From Dictyostelium discoideum (Eukaryota), in contig CM000151.3 of assembly GCA_000004695.1 (NCBI GenBank), positions 4,416,001 through 4,480,000 of the forward strand: a DNA stretch of 64,000 nucleotides, read 5' to 3'. The notes beneath the pieces were generated by a model that worked only from the letters and a program-made list of their open reading frames with translations, was not told the origin of the DNA and did no database searches. Made by a program: the position numbers and the translations under genes. Every line of letters starts with the position of its first letter. Position 1 is the stretch's first letter. Positions 1-13,776 of the stretch are shown piece after piece.

Positions 1-2
1 TT

Positions 3-227
3 AATCCACGTGGTAGAATATCTTCACTATATTATGCTTTATCAAAAACTCTTTCTAAAAATGATGATGATGTTTTATTTTTATTTAATAAACAATATAA
101 TAGGAATGATTTATTACAAGAAGCAACTGAATCTTTAAAGAAAGGAACTGATCCAGATTATATTAACTCTATTAAAGCTAAATCAAATTATTATCTTAAT
201 TTAATAAAGAAATTATTTACAGATTAA
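3..227 (+). CDS. 3' end of a protein-coding gene (partial; last 74 codons plus TAA at 225-227); product unknown
   Basis: Frame 3 is open from the window edge to TAA at 225-227. It translates to NPRGRISSLYYALSKTLSKNDDDVLFLFNKQYNRNDLLQEATESLKKGTDPDYINSIKAKSNYYLNLIKKLFTD, which has balanced, coding-like composition. An A-rich tract follows, as expected for a 3' UTR. The fragment is not in the ORF track because it has no start codon in the window. Confidence 0.4.
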   Translation, partial: NPRGRISSLYYALSKTLSKNDDDVLFLFNKQYNRNDLLQEATESLKKGTDPDYINSIKAKSNYYLNLIKKLFTD

Positions 228-300
228 AAAAAAGAAAAACAATAAAAATAAATTAATAAATAAAATAAAATAAATAAAATACCAAACTGGTAGGTTTTAA

Positions 301-337
<37 letters not shown>

Positions 338-443
338 TTGAATTTAATATTTTAAAATTATATCTTTATTAATCGTTCAAAAAATATATTTAAAACTTAA
401 ATTGTTTTTTTTTTTTTTTTTTTTTTTTAAGGTTTGTGAGTGA

Positions 444-1091
444 TTACCAACCAGTGATTTCACCACAGTCTTGAACATTTTCTTCAGTAGCTTGGTTATG
501 TTTACCTCTACCAGCACCACCTCTGTATTGTTCAGTTTCTTTAACATTTGAGGATTTGTATGTAACACCATCATTAACTGGAGCGGTAGTTCTGCCTGAA
601 CCTGTACCAGTATCACCGGTAACACCACAACCTGAACCTGAACCTGAACCTGAACCACTTGATGAATGACGACCTAAATTTTTATTATTATTGTTTTCTT
701 TTGGTTGTTCTTTGGTTGTATCTTTTTTACCACCTTCTTGAGCACGATTTTTGTGATGTGGGCAATAACCACCGCTACCACTACCGCTTCCACTTGAAAC
801 TGGACCTTGTGTAAACATTGCTGGATCTTTTGAACCATCTTCATCATCATGTCCATAGCATGGATTTGCGCCAGTATTACCTGTACCACCACTAGCAATA
901 GTTGGTCCTTGTGTGAATAATGCTGGATCTGCTGAATCAACTTTTACACTCTAAAAAAAAAATTTTAATATTATTATTAATTATTTATTTAATTATTTAT
1001 TTTATTTTTTTATTTTTTATTTATTTATTTATTAACTTACTAATGAAAGGGTTACTAAAAAGCAAAGAATTAAAATTAATTTTAATAACAT
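444..1091 (-). CDS. Small secreted Gly/Ser-rich protein, 2 exons: 1091..1041 (signal peptide MLLKLILILCFLVTLSL) and 950..444
   Basis: ATG at 1091-1089 begins a 17-codon hydrophobic exon that ends at a GTAAGT donor (minus-strand 1040-1035). An AT-rich intron ends with tttttttttAG at 960-951. Exon 2 continues in frame through the track ORF 444..818. The protein carries a duplicated motif DPA[LM]FTQGP followed by (GS)n tracts, and ends at TAA 446-444. Confidence 0.5.
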
Positions 1092-2461
1092 TTTATATAT
1101 TTAATTTATTTATTTATTTTATATATTTTATTTATTTTTTTTTTTTTTTGTTTTGGAAATGAATGTTTTAATTTGAAATTGAAAAAAACAAAAAAATTTG
1201 GATCTAATTTATAGTTTTATAATTTTACAATGGATAATTTTAATTTTATAATTTTATTGAAATTGAAAAATATAATGATATTTATTACAGTTGAGAACAA
1301 TAATTCCTTTATTCGAGAAAAAAAACAAAAAAAAAAAAAAATAAAATTAGAAAATTAAAATTTAATTATTTTTAAATTTCTAAAAAAAAAAAAGATTTTT
1401 TTAAAATATCCAGATACGCTTCATCATTAATTTTAAAAAAGCCATCACAATCTACTTTTTTTTTTTTTTTTTTTTAAAAATTAATATCAACCAAAAAATA
1501 AAAAAAAACTTCACAGGTATTCTTTTTTTTTATTTTTATTCTAATTTATTTTTTTTTATTTTTTTTTTATTCTTTTTAAAATTTTTCTTTTAATATCATA
1601 AAAAATATCCCACGTCACCAAAAAAGATTCTCAATTTCGAAAATCCTAAATAAAAAAATAAAAAAATAAAAATATTGGCAGAATAAAAAAAAAACAAACT
1701 AATTTTAATTTTTTATTGTTTTTTATTGTTTTTTATCCAAGATTTAATATAATTTTAAAATTGAAAGGTTAAGTTAAAATTTCAAAGTTATAATATTATT
1801 TTTTATTTTTTTTTTATTTTTTTTTTATTTTTTCGACAATCACCATAAAGAAAATCCAGCATTAAAATATCATTTAAAATAAAATGTAATTTAAATAGTA
1901 TTTTAATATCATTTAAATACATTTAAAATCAAATGTCATTATAATGGCAAAAAATATTTAAATTACATTACCATTAAAATGAAAATTTAAATATTCTTGC
2001 AAAATGAATTTTAACTTTAATTTTAGTGGTATTAAAATGTGATATTTTCTTTGTTGTGTTCAGAAATTTAAAAAATTGGGATTCAAAAAAAAAATAAAAA
2101 AAAAAATAAAAAAAAAAAAAATAAATAAATAAAATAATAATAAAAAAAAAAAAATAATAATAATAGTAATTAATTTAAAGATATGTTAATCAAACACCAA
2201 AAAAAATAATTATAATTAAGTCATAAAATGTTTTTTTTTTTTTTTTTTTGAATTTTATTTGAATTGCTGGTTATGGTGGTTTCAAAGATTTTTTCATATT
2301 TTTCAAAAAAATAATTGGGTAACCCACTCCCATTAAAAATTTCATCAAAAAAAACAAGCCATTTTAAAATTTTATTTTTTTTTGAATTTTTTTAATTATT
2401 TTTTTTGAAAAATGGGATTTTATTGGGTTTTTAATTTTTTTTATTTTTTTTTTTCAAGGGG

Positions 2462-2468
2462 TATAAAA
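2462..2468 (+). promoter_or_regulatory. TATA box (GGGGTATAAAATG) 81 bp upstream of the actin ATG
   Basis: A TATAAAA element sits inside an 80-bp block that is conserved almost exactly upstream of both actin copies (compare 39383-39389), at the same distance from the ATG. Confidence 0.5.
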
Positions 2469-2530
2469 TGAAAAATTAAATCATTTTTTTTTTTTTTCTA
2501 TAGTTTTAATAAACAAATATTTAAATATAA

Positions 2531-3673
<1,143 letters not shown>

Positions 3674-4250
3674 ACAATTAAAACTAGTGATGAAAGTGCT
3701 TCTCACACAAACAAATATATTTAAATGTATAATAATAATAAAATATAATTATTTTTAATGGTTGTTGATCTTTATCCGACTATCAAAAAAAAAAAAATAT
3801 ATATATATATCTACACAATCTTTTTGTTTATTTTAGTGTTTTTTTTTTTTTTTAATTAGAGTTTTATTTTATTGTATTAGTTTTTAATAATTGATATTTT
3901 TGAAAATGAGTTATGAATAATTGGTGTATAATTTCTGGAAATTGATAAAGTCTTTATCGAATGAGGTAATATTCGACCTAAAATACCAAGTGGTTGGTTA
4001 AAATCATTTCCAAAGATAAGGTTTTCAATTTCATCACCAAGTACACCAGGTAGTAATATTTGGTTGAAATCAGTACCAAATTTTAATTGTTTTAATAATT
4101 TAGGAAGGGATCTTAATTGTTGATTAAATTTTGCACCAAATGTAAGACTTGTTATTGAATCTGGTAAAGAGAAATCAATTATTGGTTGGTTGAACCAAGT
4201 TCCAAATGAAAGTGTTTGATGTTGTTAGATAAATGATTTTTTTGAATTTG

Positions 4251-5029
4251 TTAATTGAATTTTTCACTAAATGCTAGAGATGTAACACTTTTTGGAATTG
4301 AAGAGTTTAATAAACACATGTCGAAATCATTACCAAGTTTTAATGTTTTTACATTGGGTGGAATTGTTTCATTGTCTAATTTTTGATTAAAATAAAATCC
4401 AAATTCTAAATTTGTTACATTTGGGGGAATTATATTAAATAATGGTTGATTAATTTGATCACCCAATTTTAAAAATTCAACACTGTTGGGAATATCTCCT
4501 GGTTTTAAAATTTGGTTAAATTCATTTCCAAATTCCAATATTTTCAAAGAGGAAGGGAGTGAACCAGTTATTGGATTATTATATCCATGATTTAATGATA
4601 CACTTTCAACTGATTCTGGTATTACTCCTTTTTCCAATATATGATTGAAATCATATTCTGTAATATTTAATGTCTTACTATTATTTGGAATCACACCATG
4701 TGCAAGAGGTTGTTTTGAATTATAAATTAAAGTCCCTACTGAATGTGGAATATTACCAGGTTTTAACAGAGTATTTTCATTTTCAATATCAACCAACTCT
4801 AAACAAATAATATATTCTCTTTCTTTATATTCTAATAACTGTTCTCTTGTTAGTTTGACATATTTATTTTGTAGGTGATTTAATATTTCATTTCTTATAA
4901 CCATACATTGGAATATTTTCTTATAGAATAAATCATCACTTTTGGCAACATTCTTTTTTTCCTTACACTGAATTTGTAAAACTAATTGTAAACCAATATC
5001 ATTGTTCTCAATATTATCAATATTATCAA

Positions 5030-5107
<78 letters not shown>

Positions 5108-5447
5108 TATTATTAATATTTTTAAAATTATTATAGTTGTTAATATTATTATTATTAATAGTTATACAATGGTTGTTTTGATGTTGGGAATTATTTTTTA
5201 TATTTTTATTATAGTTATTATTGTTGATTATTGGTTGGTTTTTATTATTAATATTCCGATAATTAATATCACTATTATTATTTATAAAATTATTAATATT
5301 ATCATTGTTAATATTTATTTTCTGTTGAAATTCATTACTTTTTTTATTATCTTTATAATTAGGGTAAGTTTTATTGGTTTTTTCAGTGAAAAAATCTTTA
5401 ATAGTAATAAAAATAAACAAAAAATATAACAATAAAAGATAATCCAA
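4251..5447 (-). CDS. FNIP-repeat-containing protein (main ORF; frame-disrupted at both ends, possible pseudogene)
   Basis: The C-terminal half of the ORF has about 10 tandem FNIP-type repeats (L.FG..FNQ.L..G.IP.SV..L). An internal poly-Asn tract is encoded by (AAT)n at 5041-5110. The ORF-track M at 5447 is actually TTG, and the nearest upstream ATG (5469) is in another frame. Further FNIP repeats continue downstream of the stop in another frame (3877..4224). Confidence 0.55.
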
Positions 5448-5554
5448 TATTTATCAAATAATCTTCCATTTTCAATTCTCTTGGTGACAGTGCAAAAATA
5501 TGTATACACTGTTTATTATTATTATTGTTTTTTTTTAACCACTTGTATAAATAA

Positions 5555-5596
<42 letters not shown>

Positions 5597-5672
5597 TTTC
5601 TTTGGGAGTAAAAAAATAAATTAAATAAATAAATTATATTAAGTAAAAAAAAAAAAAAAAGATAGAATTTAT

Positions 5673-6739
5673 TTAAAAAAATAATTTTTTTAATTTTGAA
5701 AGTAATCCATTATTTTGACTTTGATTTTCATTAGTTTCATTTAATTTTGAAAGTATTCTTAATTCTTGTTTTGATAAAGATTTTCCATTTAATAATGTTA
5801 TTGAAAAATCGTTATTACCATTATTATCTATAGATAATAAGTTGAATAAAAATCTGTAGAATAAAGTTTGATTTGGATTTAAATCTATAGCTTTTAATAT
5901 TAAATCTTTTTGAGATATATTTTTATTATTACCTAAAGTGATTAGTTCATTTGGTTTCATTATAATTGCAAGATTATAATAAGTTGAATCATAATTTGGT
6001 TCTAATTCTAATAATTTAATATATAAATCCTTTTTATTTACATTTTTACCACCAACTAAAATTGATTCATCAGGTTTTAAAGATACTGCTAAATTATAAT
6101 ATGCTTCAACATTATTATTATCCAATTCAATAGCTTTACAATATAATTGTTTTTTATTTAATTTTCTACCATCTAATAAAGTTATTATAATTTCACCTTG
6201 TTGTTGTTGTTGTTCTGATTTTTGTTGTTGTTGTTTTGATAATAATAAATTTGCTAAATTATTAAATGAATAAGAAGTACTCTTTAAATTTGGATTAACA
6301 TCAATTGATTTTAAATATAGTTCAATATCAGTCATTGTTTTACCATTTAATAAAGTTATAGAATTCTCAACTGATGTATCTAATTGTTCAGCTAAATTAA
6401 AATAAGAATTTGAAGTATTTGGTTGAAGATCAATCGATTTCAAATATAATTGTCTTCTATTCATTTTTGTACCATCCGATAGAGTAACCACTTCATTTGA
6501 ACTATTTAATTGATTTGCTAAATTATGATATGGTTTTGAAAATTTTGGATCAATTTCAATCGATTTCAAATATAATTGTTTTCTTGTCATAATTGTACCA
6601 TCTAATAATTTAATTGATTTCTCATTATTCAACAAATTACCTAAATTATTATACGCTATTGAATGATTTGGATTTAAATCAATTGATCTTAAATATAAAT
6701 CTTTTTTATTTAATTTTTCACCATTTAATAATTCAATTA

Positions 6740-6820
<81 letters not shown>

Positions 6821-7142
6821 CAATTAAATAAGCTAAATTATGATAAGAGTTTGAATTTGGTTCCATATCAATTGATTTTAATAATAATTTCTTTTTATTA
6901 AATTTTTCACCATTTTTTAATTCAACAACTTCGTTATCATCTAAACAAATTGATAAATTAAAATAGGTATTATGATCAACATTTAAATTTTCATTAATCT
7001 CTTTTAAATGTAAAGTTTTATTCTTTGCACTGTTATTATTTAAAATTTGATGAATTTTATTAACTTGTTGTGTATGATTTGTAAAAAAACATTTTTGTTG
7101 TTTAATTAAAAGTTTATTAATATTTTTAGTTATTTTAAACAT
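5673..7142 (-). CDS. TPR-like repeat protein (489 aa) with an embedded 28-residue poly-Asn tract
   Basis: The real ATG is at 7142-7140 (the track M at 7268 is TTG and lies in a poly-F artefact). About 10 repeats of the form YxNLAxxL...LYLKSIDLNPN (TPR-like A..Y.NL...L..A.....P) alternate with ITLLNGKxLxKKxL linkers. The poly-Asn tract is encoded by (ATT)n on the plus strand at 6740-6830. Stop codon is at 5675-5673. Confidence 0.65.
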
Positions 7143-7151
7143 TTTTTGATG

Positions 7152-7185
<34 letters not shown>

Positions 7186-7292
7186 AAAAAAAAAAGAAAA
7201 TGATTAAAAAATAAAAAAAAAAACAAAAAAGGATTAAATTCATTTTTGACCAAAAAATAAAAAAACAAAATTTTATTTTTGTCACTAATGTT

Positions 7293-10200
7293 TTATTTAT
7301 ATCCATTACGGTTGTTCTTTTTATGACTATTACTACTATTATTATTATTATCAGAAAATGAACCTGGAACATATGAAAAACCACCAACTACTTGAATTTC
7401 TAAATCATCAGTTGAAGAATGAAATTGAGAGGTTGATTGATCACCAAAAAAATCATCACCAAAACCATATTTATCTACATTATTGTTTCTATTATTATTA
7501 TTATTATTTTTATTATGATTATTTACATTCTTATTACCATTGTTATTATTTTTATTATTGTTTTTATTTTTATTATTATTTTTATTATAATTATTATTAT
7601 TATGATTATTATTATTGTTGTTATTACCTGGTTTTGGTTTATTTTGTTGTGATTGTGAAAATGAGTGATAGGGTTGTGGTTGTTGTAATAACTCCTGTTC
7701 TAATTGTTGATCATGTTGTAAACTTAATTGTTGTAATTGTTGTTTGAAAAACTCTGGTTGTTGTTGGTAAAACTCTGGTGGTTTATAATGATTTGGTTGT
7801 TGTTGTTGTTGTTTTTGTTGTTGTTGTGGTTGTCGTTGTTGTTGTTGTTGATATAATTGTTGTTGGTGTTGTTGTTGTTGATAATAATTATTATTTGTTG
7901 GTTTTGATTGAATAGTTTGATATGGTTTGAATTCACAAAGATCTGAACATTTTTTTAAACATTTTAGACCTTTATCATTTAATTTTGAACAAGGTTCACA
8001 ACATCTATCAAAAGGATTTAATACTCTATAACAAGGAGTTTTAACAGAATGACCACAACGTGGATGAGTTTTATCGATATCAACCTCACAACGACAAATT
8101 TTACAACATTCCAATTGACAAAGATGACCACAATCCAATTGTTTTAAACAAGGTTTGTTACAATTGAAATTATGATTAGTTTGAAGTGGATGACATTTCT
8201 TTGAGCAAGTATGACCACAATCCAATAAAAAGGCACAAGGCTTACTACAACCACCATCTTTTGCATATTGAATGAAATCTTTTTCATCACGAATATGAGT
8301 GATACCTTTTCTATGATTTTCACAAACCAATGGTAAAGTTTTACCGACTTGATTATTTTCTTCAAGTTTTGGAAACATATTTTTCCAAATTCCAGCATCC
8401 TCTCTTGATCTTTCAAGTAATTCTCTATTACCAAAAATGAATAAACCTTCTCTCGCTCTTGAAAGCATAACATTGATACGATTTGTTAATGAAAGGAAAC
8501 CTGCGACATTTCTTTCATTATTTCTAACCGAAGAAATGATGATAATATCATTCTCTTCACCTTGATATTGATCTACAGTTCTAACTAAAATACGTTGTAG
8601 TGGGTGAGTTTGACCTTGAGGTGGGACATTTGAAGAATGTTTCATTTTTTCATTGATAGCATCATTTATCTCCAAGAGTTGACCAGCGTATGGAGCTAAA
8701 ATTGTAATTCTCTCTGGTTCATAATTTTGATCCAATAGATAATTTGCAAAGCTTGTGATTAACCTAGCCTCAAAAGCATTGGATTTACTATTGATATGTG
8801 GTTCTTGAGCACGGCTTTCCCTATTAGAATGATCAAAGAAATAGACATTATAAAGAACACCACGAACAATTGATCTATAACCATCGGCTGAATTAATTCT
8901 CTCTTTTTCAACAACACTACTATGATTTTGTAAATTTGGGTAAACTGGTACAACAAATTGTGAAATACTTGGTACCATTCTACGTTGAGTTGCCAATGTT
9001 GAACATCTACCTTTATTCTCTACAATACGTTCAAAGATTGAAATATTTAAATTGAATTTAGTTAACAAAGTATGATCAGTACAAATTGGTTTCAATTGTT
9101 TATGATCACCAATTAAAATACAATGTTGAATACTTGATGGTAAACAAGCAGTGATTTGACCCTCCAATGTCAATGCACATTCTTCAATAATCAAAACTTT
9201 AATCTTTAATGATTCAAACAATTGTTTCATTCTTGAAGCACCAGTGATAGTGGCAGAGATAACTTCAGCACCTTGCAAGAGTTCTCTTTGATCATCAGAG
9301 ACTGCTTTTTTAATATTTTGAGTTTGAATATGAAATTCTTCAAAAAGTTTCTCAATTAACTCTAAACATTTTTCAACTTTAATTTTACACCAATATCTAT
9401 AGAGTTTAATTTTTTCTTTTTCTCCAAGTGAGTTAATTTTCTTTATATTCTTTTTTCTTTCACCTCTCATTGGTACATCATTATATTCTAAAAATTTCAA
9501 ACAATTACCAATTTCATTGAAATATTTCTTTGGTTGATTTCTTTTATTCTTTGAGAAGGAGAAATCACCTTTACTTTCAAATGTTTTCATCTCTTTTTTT
9601 CTTTCCAATAGTTGATTTCTAAGAATATCCTTATCGATTTTATAATTGTTTTCATTATCGATATCAATTGAATCATTGATAAATATATCATCCTCTGATT
9701 GTTCTAATTCTTGATCCTCTGAAAATTTAATTACCCTTTTCTCTGGTCTTTTAAGTTTATAATTTGATTGATGAGATAATGCATTCTCGAAATGATTCTC
9801 TTCTTTCAATTCCTTTTTAATATTTTCAATTTCACCTCTAATTGGATTAATCCAAAGTTGGTATTGTTTCTCATGTTCAAATGCTGATTCATAATCTTCT
9901 TCATCATTGGTAACTAATTGTAAATCTTCAAATCCAAATGGTTCAACTAATCTTTTTAATGAATCTCTAAGTTGCATTGTGATTTCAGAGATCTTTCTAT
10001 AGCCTTCATGAGAAAGTCCACCATATTTAATTTTGGCTTTCATTGTGTAATCTTTTAATGCTGGATCTTTTGATCTTGTACCAACTCTAATAATATTCTT
10101 TGTAATTGGTAATAGACCACTTGTAAACTGATCCAAGGCATGATTGGTATGACTAAGCACTAGAATCGGACTAGCCTCTGATCTACCGAAATCCTCTTTC

Positions 10201-11899
10201 ATTTTGTTATGTATTATATGAAACAACTTTTTACCTATAAAAGACTTACCAGTACCTGGTGGACCTTGAATTAAACTTAACGATGAACCAAGTGTTTGTT
10301 CAAGCGCTACCATTTGTGAAGGATCTAATTGACCCAATTGAGTTGGAAAACCATCTTTTATTATATCAACTTGAGATGGATCATCACCTTTGTTTGAAAG
10401 TTCAATTTCATCATTGAATATCTTTTTAAAATCAAACACTGGATTATCCTTAATATATTGTGGTGGTGTCTCAGTCTCCTTTCTATTACAATAAACCAAT
10501 GTATCCTTGAATGGTAAATTATCCTCATCAATTCTTTGCAATGATAATAAAATATTTTCATAGGATATAAAAAAGGATGGTGATTCAATCATAACATAAA
10601 TATTATCAAAAAATTCCTTATTAAATTTTAAACCATTACTATTTGAATTGCCCAAATTTATATCGTTTACACTTGGCTGTTGATATGGTGATAAACCAAC
10701 CTTTTTATGACCACCTTTTTCTTCTCTCTCTGAAACAATCATAAAATGTACCGTTTGAAAATTATCACAACTTAATGCTACTAATGATCCATTTAATAAT
10801 TTTGGAAATGTTTCCCAATCAATATTATGATGATAATCAAATGTAAATTCATAACCAATTTTAAATCCTGATGTTGTTAAACCTTTTTAAAAAAAAAAAA
10901 AATTAATTATTTAATAATTTTTATTATTATATTTATATATATATTTACCTCTAACTCTAACATTTGTATATAAATTTGGACCAATTTCACCTTTATTAAA
11001 AGATTGTAAAGCAGTACGAAATGGATTAATAATATCTTCTCTAATTAAACGAAAATGAGTTTCTAAATATTCATATGGTGAACTATAACGACCTTTTTTA
11101 ATTTTATTTAATTTGTTTTCATCTAATCTTCTTTTTAATTCACCTGGTTCTGGTACGATTGATAATTTTTTATAACATTTTGGTGTATTTGATTCATCGA
11201 ATAGTTTCTTATATCTATCGAAAAATTGATTAATATAATTGATTTTTTTTTTTTGTTTTTCTTTTTCTTTTTCATTTTCTTCATCTTCTTGAACATGTTG
11301 ATTTTGATTATTATTGGTTGGTTTCTTTTTCTTTATAATATCATTAATATTATAGTTATTATAATTACTAATTAAACTTGTGAATGAGTTTTTTAAGGTA
11401 TCAACCAACTTAAATGTATATTCTACTGAATCAATATCGAATAAATCTGAAATCTTTTCAAATATTTTAACGGCCCTTTCAAACAATTGAATTGGATGAT
11501 CATATTTTGATTTAAAGTAATTCTGAAGATTTGAATTATGGGAAACTAATGCTGATTTCATAATTTTACCATAGAATTCCATTTGTAATGGGTGATCTAA
11601 TTTCTCCAATACTGACTTGTGTGAAAAGATCTCTATAATCCACTCAATGATTTGATTGGTTAAATTGGTCTTTGAAAAAATCATTGAAAATGATGTTTTG
11701 TTTTGTTCAATTCTTTCAATTAAAATTTTACTATTCTTTTTACTTGATTTTAATTCATCATATACACTCTTTAACCCAATAAAACCATCCATCATTCCTG
11801 GATCAAAATCATTTTTATAATTATTTTGGTAACTTGTTTCAGTATCTTCTTCAAAAGTATTGTTATTTCTATCCTTATTATTTCTATCTTTATTATTTC

Positions 11900-11939
<40 letters not shown>

Positions 11940-12420
11940 GTTATTGTTAATTGCTGGTTTATATACAAAACCACCCAAACTACTCATTTCATTATCATCG
12001 GAATTATTATTTGATTTTTTTTGTTGTTGTATTGATTTTATTGGTTTTTGTTGAAATATATATTGGTGTGATTGCTCTTTTAATTGAGAAAGGAGTTGAT
12101 TAAAATTTTTTTTATTTACACAACTAAATTTTAATTCTTCTATTAATAATTTTCTGCCATCAACCTTTTATTATTATTATTATTATTTTTTCAAAAGGAT
12201 ACCATAAACAAAAAAAAGAAAAAATAAAAAGTAAGTAGTGTGAATTTGATTTTGAATTGTTTTTTTTTTTTTTTATTTTATTTTATTTTTTTTTAAAATG
12301 AGGAATTACCTTTAAATCTCTAAATGTTGGAATCAATTCTGAATATCCAATTGCGTCTAACCAACTAGATACTTGTTCATTTTTCCAATCTGGTGCAGGT
12401 ATATTTTTATAATTATTCAT
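7293..12420 (-). CDS. ZNFX1-like protein: N-terminal SAM domain, Upf1-like SF1 helicase core, NFX1-type zinc fingers and a Q/N-rich tail. 3 exons: 12420..12310, 12164..10949, 10882..7293 (about 1637 aa)
   Basis: Exon 1 starts at ATG 12420 and encodes MNNYKNIPAPDWKNEQVSSWLDAIGYSELIPTFRDLK; it ends at GTAATT (donor at 12309). Intron 1 is 145 nt and ends in ...aataaaAG. Exon 2 is in frame and continues the SAM domain (VDGRKLLIEELKF...) into the track ORF 10911..11987. Its donor is AGAG|GTAAAT at 10948, and the 64-nt intron 2 ends in tttttttttttttaaaaAG at 10884/10883. Exon 3 is in frame with the track ORF 7293..10742. Helicase motifs present are GPPGTGKSF (Walker A), LIIEECAL, ILIGDHKQLKP, VDQYQGEENDIIIIS and NRINVMLSRAREGLFIFGN. 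The Cys-rich block CSKPCAFLLDCGHTCSKKCHP...CGHLCQLECCKICRC matches NFX1-type fingers. Confidence 0.75.
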
Positions 12421-12764
12421 AAAAAAAAATTCTGAATAAAACAAATAAACCTTAATATTTTTTATTAAGTTTTATTTGTCAATTAAAAAATGAATTTTTG
12501 AAAAAAAAAAATAAAAAATAAAAAAAAACAATTGCAAAAATAAAAAAAGTAAAAAAAAAAAAAATAAAATTAAAAATAAAAAAAATAAAATTTCTTTTTA
12601 TTGGAAAAACGGGAAGATGTTTTAGGATTATCAAGATGGAACTTGTTGAAAATAATTTTTAAAGGATTACAATAAGATATTGATAAAAACATTCCAATAT
12701 GATTTTTAATTTTTAATTTTTTTTTTAATCAATTAATTTTATTTATTTTTAATGTAATAATTCA

Positions 12765-12811
<47 letters not shown>

Positions 12812-13084
12812 TGAAAAATTTTATTTTCAAGATTCAATTATTATTTTTTGTAATTATTTTTAGAAGAAATAGCAATATATTTTATATAGAAAATAAATTT
12901 AAATAATAGGTTTTAAACTAAATATGAGTTTTATATTATTTAAAAAATCTTTTATCCATTTTTAGTACTTTTTTTTTTTTTTTTTTTTTAAATTTTTTGA
13001 AATTTCAAAAAAATAAAAATAGATGCATATGAATAATTAATAAATCTAATTTTTTATTTTTAAAATCATAGTTAATTAATTTTA

Positions 13085-13744
13085 TTAAATTTTTTCTATT
13101 ATTTTTTTTTTATTTAAAATTGGTGATAATTCAGGATTTGAAGTATCTTCAGTGTTTGGAATATTATCAAATGAGTCTTCTTTTGGTTGATTACGAGAAG
13201 GTATACGATCATGAATTAAATGATTGAAAAAACCCAATATTTCATCTGCCAAAGAATCAGAGATACCTTCTGATGATGGTTCACGTACATGAATAACTAT
13301 ACCACCATCAGAAGCGCCACCAGTATTAACATCATTTGAGGAGAATGCAGGTGAAGAATTTTGTCTTTGTTTATCTTTTTCCTCTTTTTCTTTTCTTTCC
13401 TTCTCCTCCTTTTCTTTTCTTTCCTTCTCCTCCTTTTCTTTTCTTTCCTTCTCCTCCTTTTCTTGTTTCTCTTTTTCTTCTCTCTCTTGTTTCTCTTTTT
13501 GTTCTCTTGCTTCTCTTTCTTGTTTCTCTTTTTGATCTCTTGCATCTCTTTCAGCTTGATCTTTTTTAAATTTCTCCAATTCTTGTTCAAATTCTAAACG
13601 ACGTTGATGATCAATCTCTTGTTGACGTTTTAATTCCTCTTGTTGAAGTTTCAATTCTTCTTGTTGACGAGTTAATTGTTCTTGTAACCATTGTTGGTTT
13701 TGTTGAATTTGTAATTCCTCTTGTTGACGAGTTTCTTTTGGATT

Positions 13745-13776
<32 letters not shown>

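Noticed and set aside
5447-5447. ORF-track start codons at 5447, 5509, 7268 and 30583 shown as M
   Set aside because: Reading the sequence shows these are TTG or GTG, so the track uses a bacterial start set. The real eukaryotic starts are the downstream or upstream ATGs given in the features.
7130-7936. Plus- and minus-strand ORFs 7130..7387, 7358..7747, 7437..7652, 7724..7936
   Set aside because: These are other-frame or antisense readings of the Q/N-rich tail of the helicase gene and of poly-A/T promoter sequence. Their composition is purely Y/I/F/N homopolymeric.
12421-13084. Possible gene in the 660-bp gap between the helicase start and the coiled-coil gene end
   Set aside because: The gap holds only homopolymer A/T tracts (including about 40 T at 12770-12808) and has no ORF over 30 codons in any frame. 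I interpret it as promoter and terminator space.
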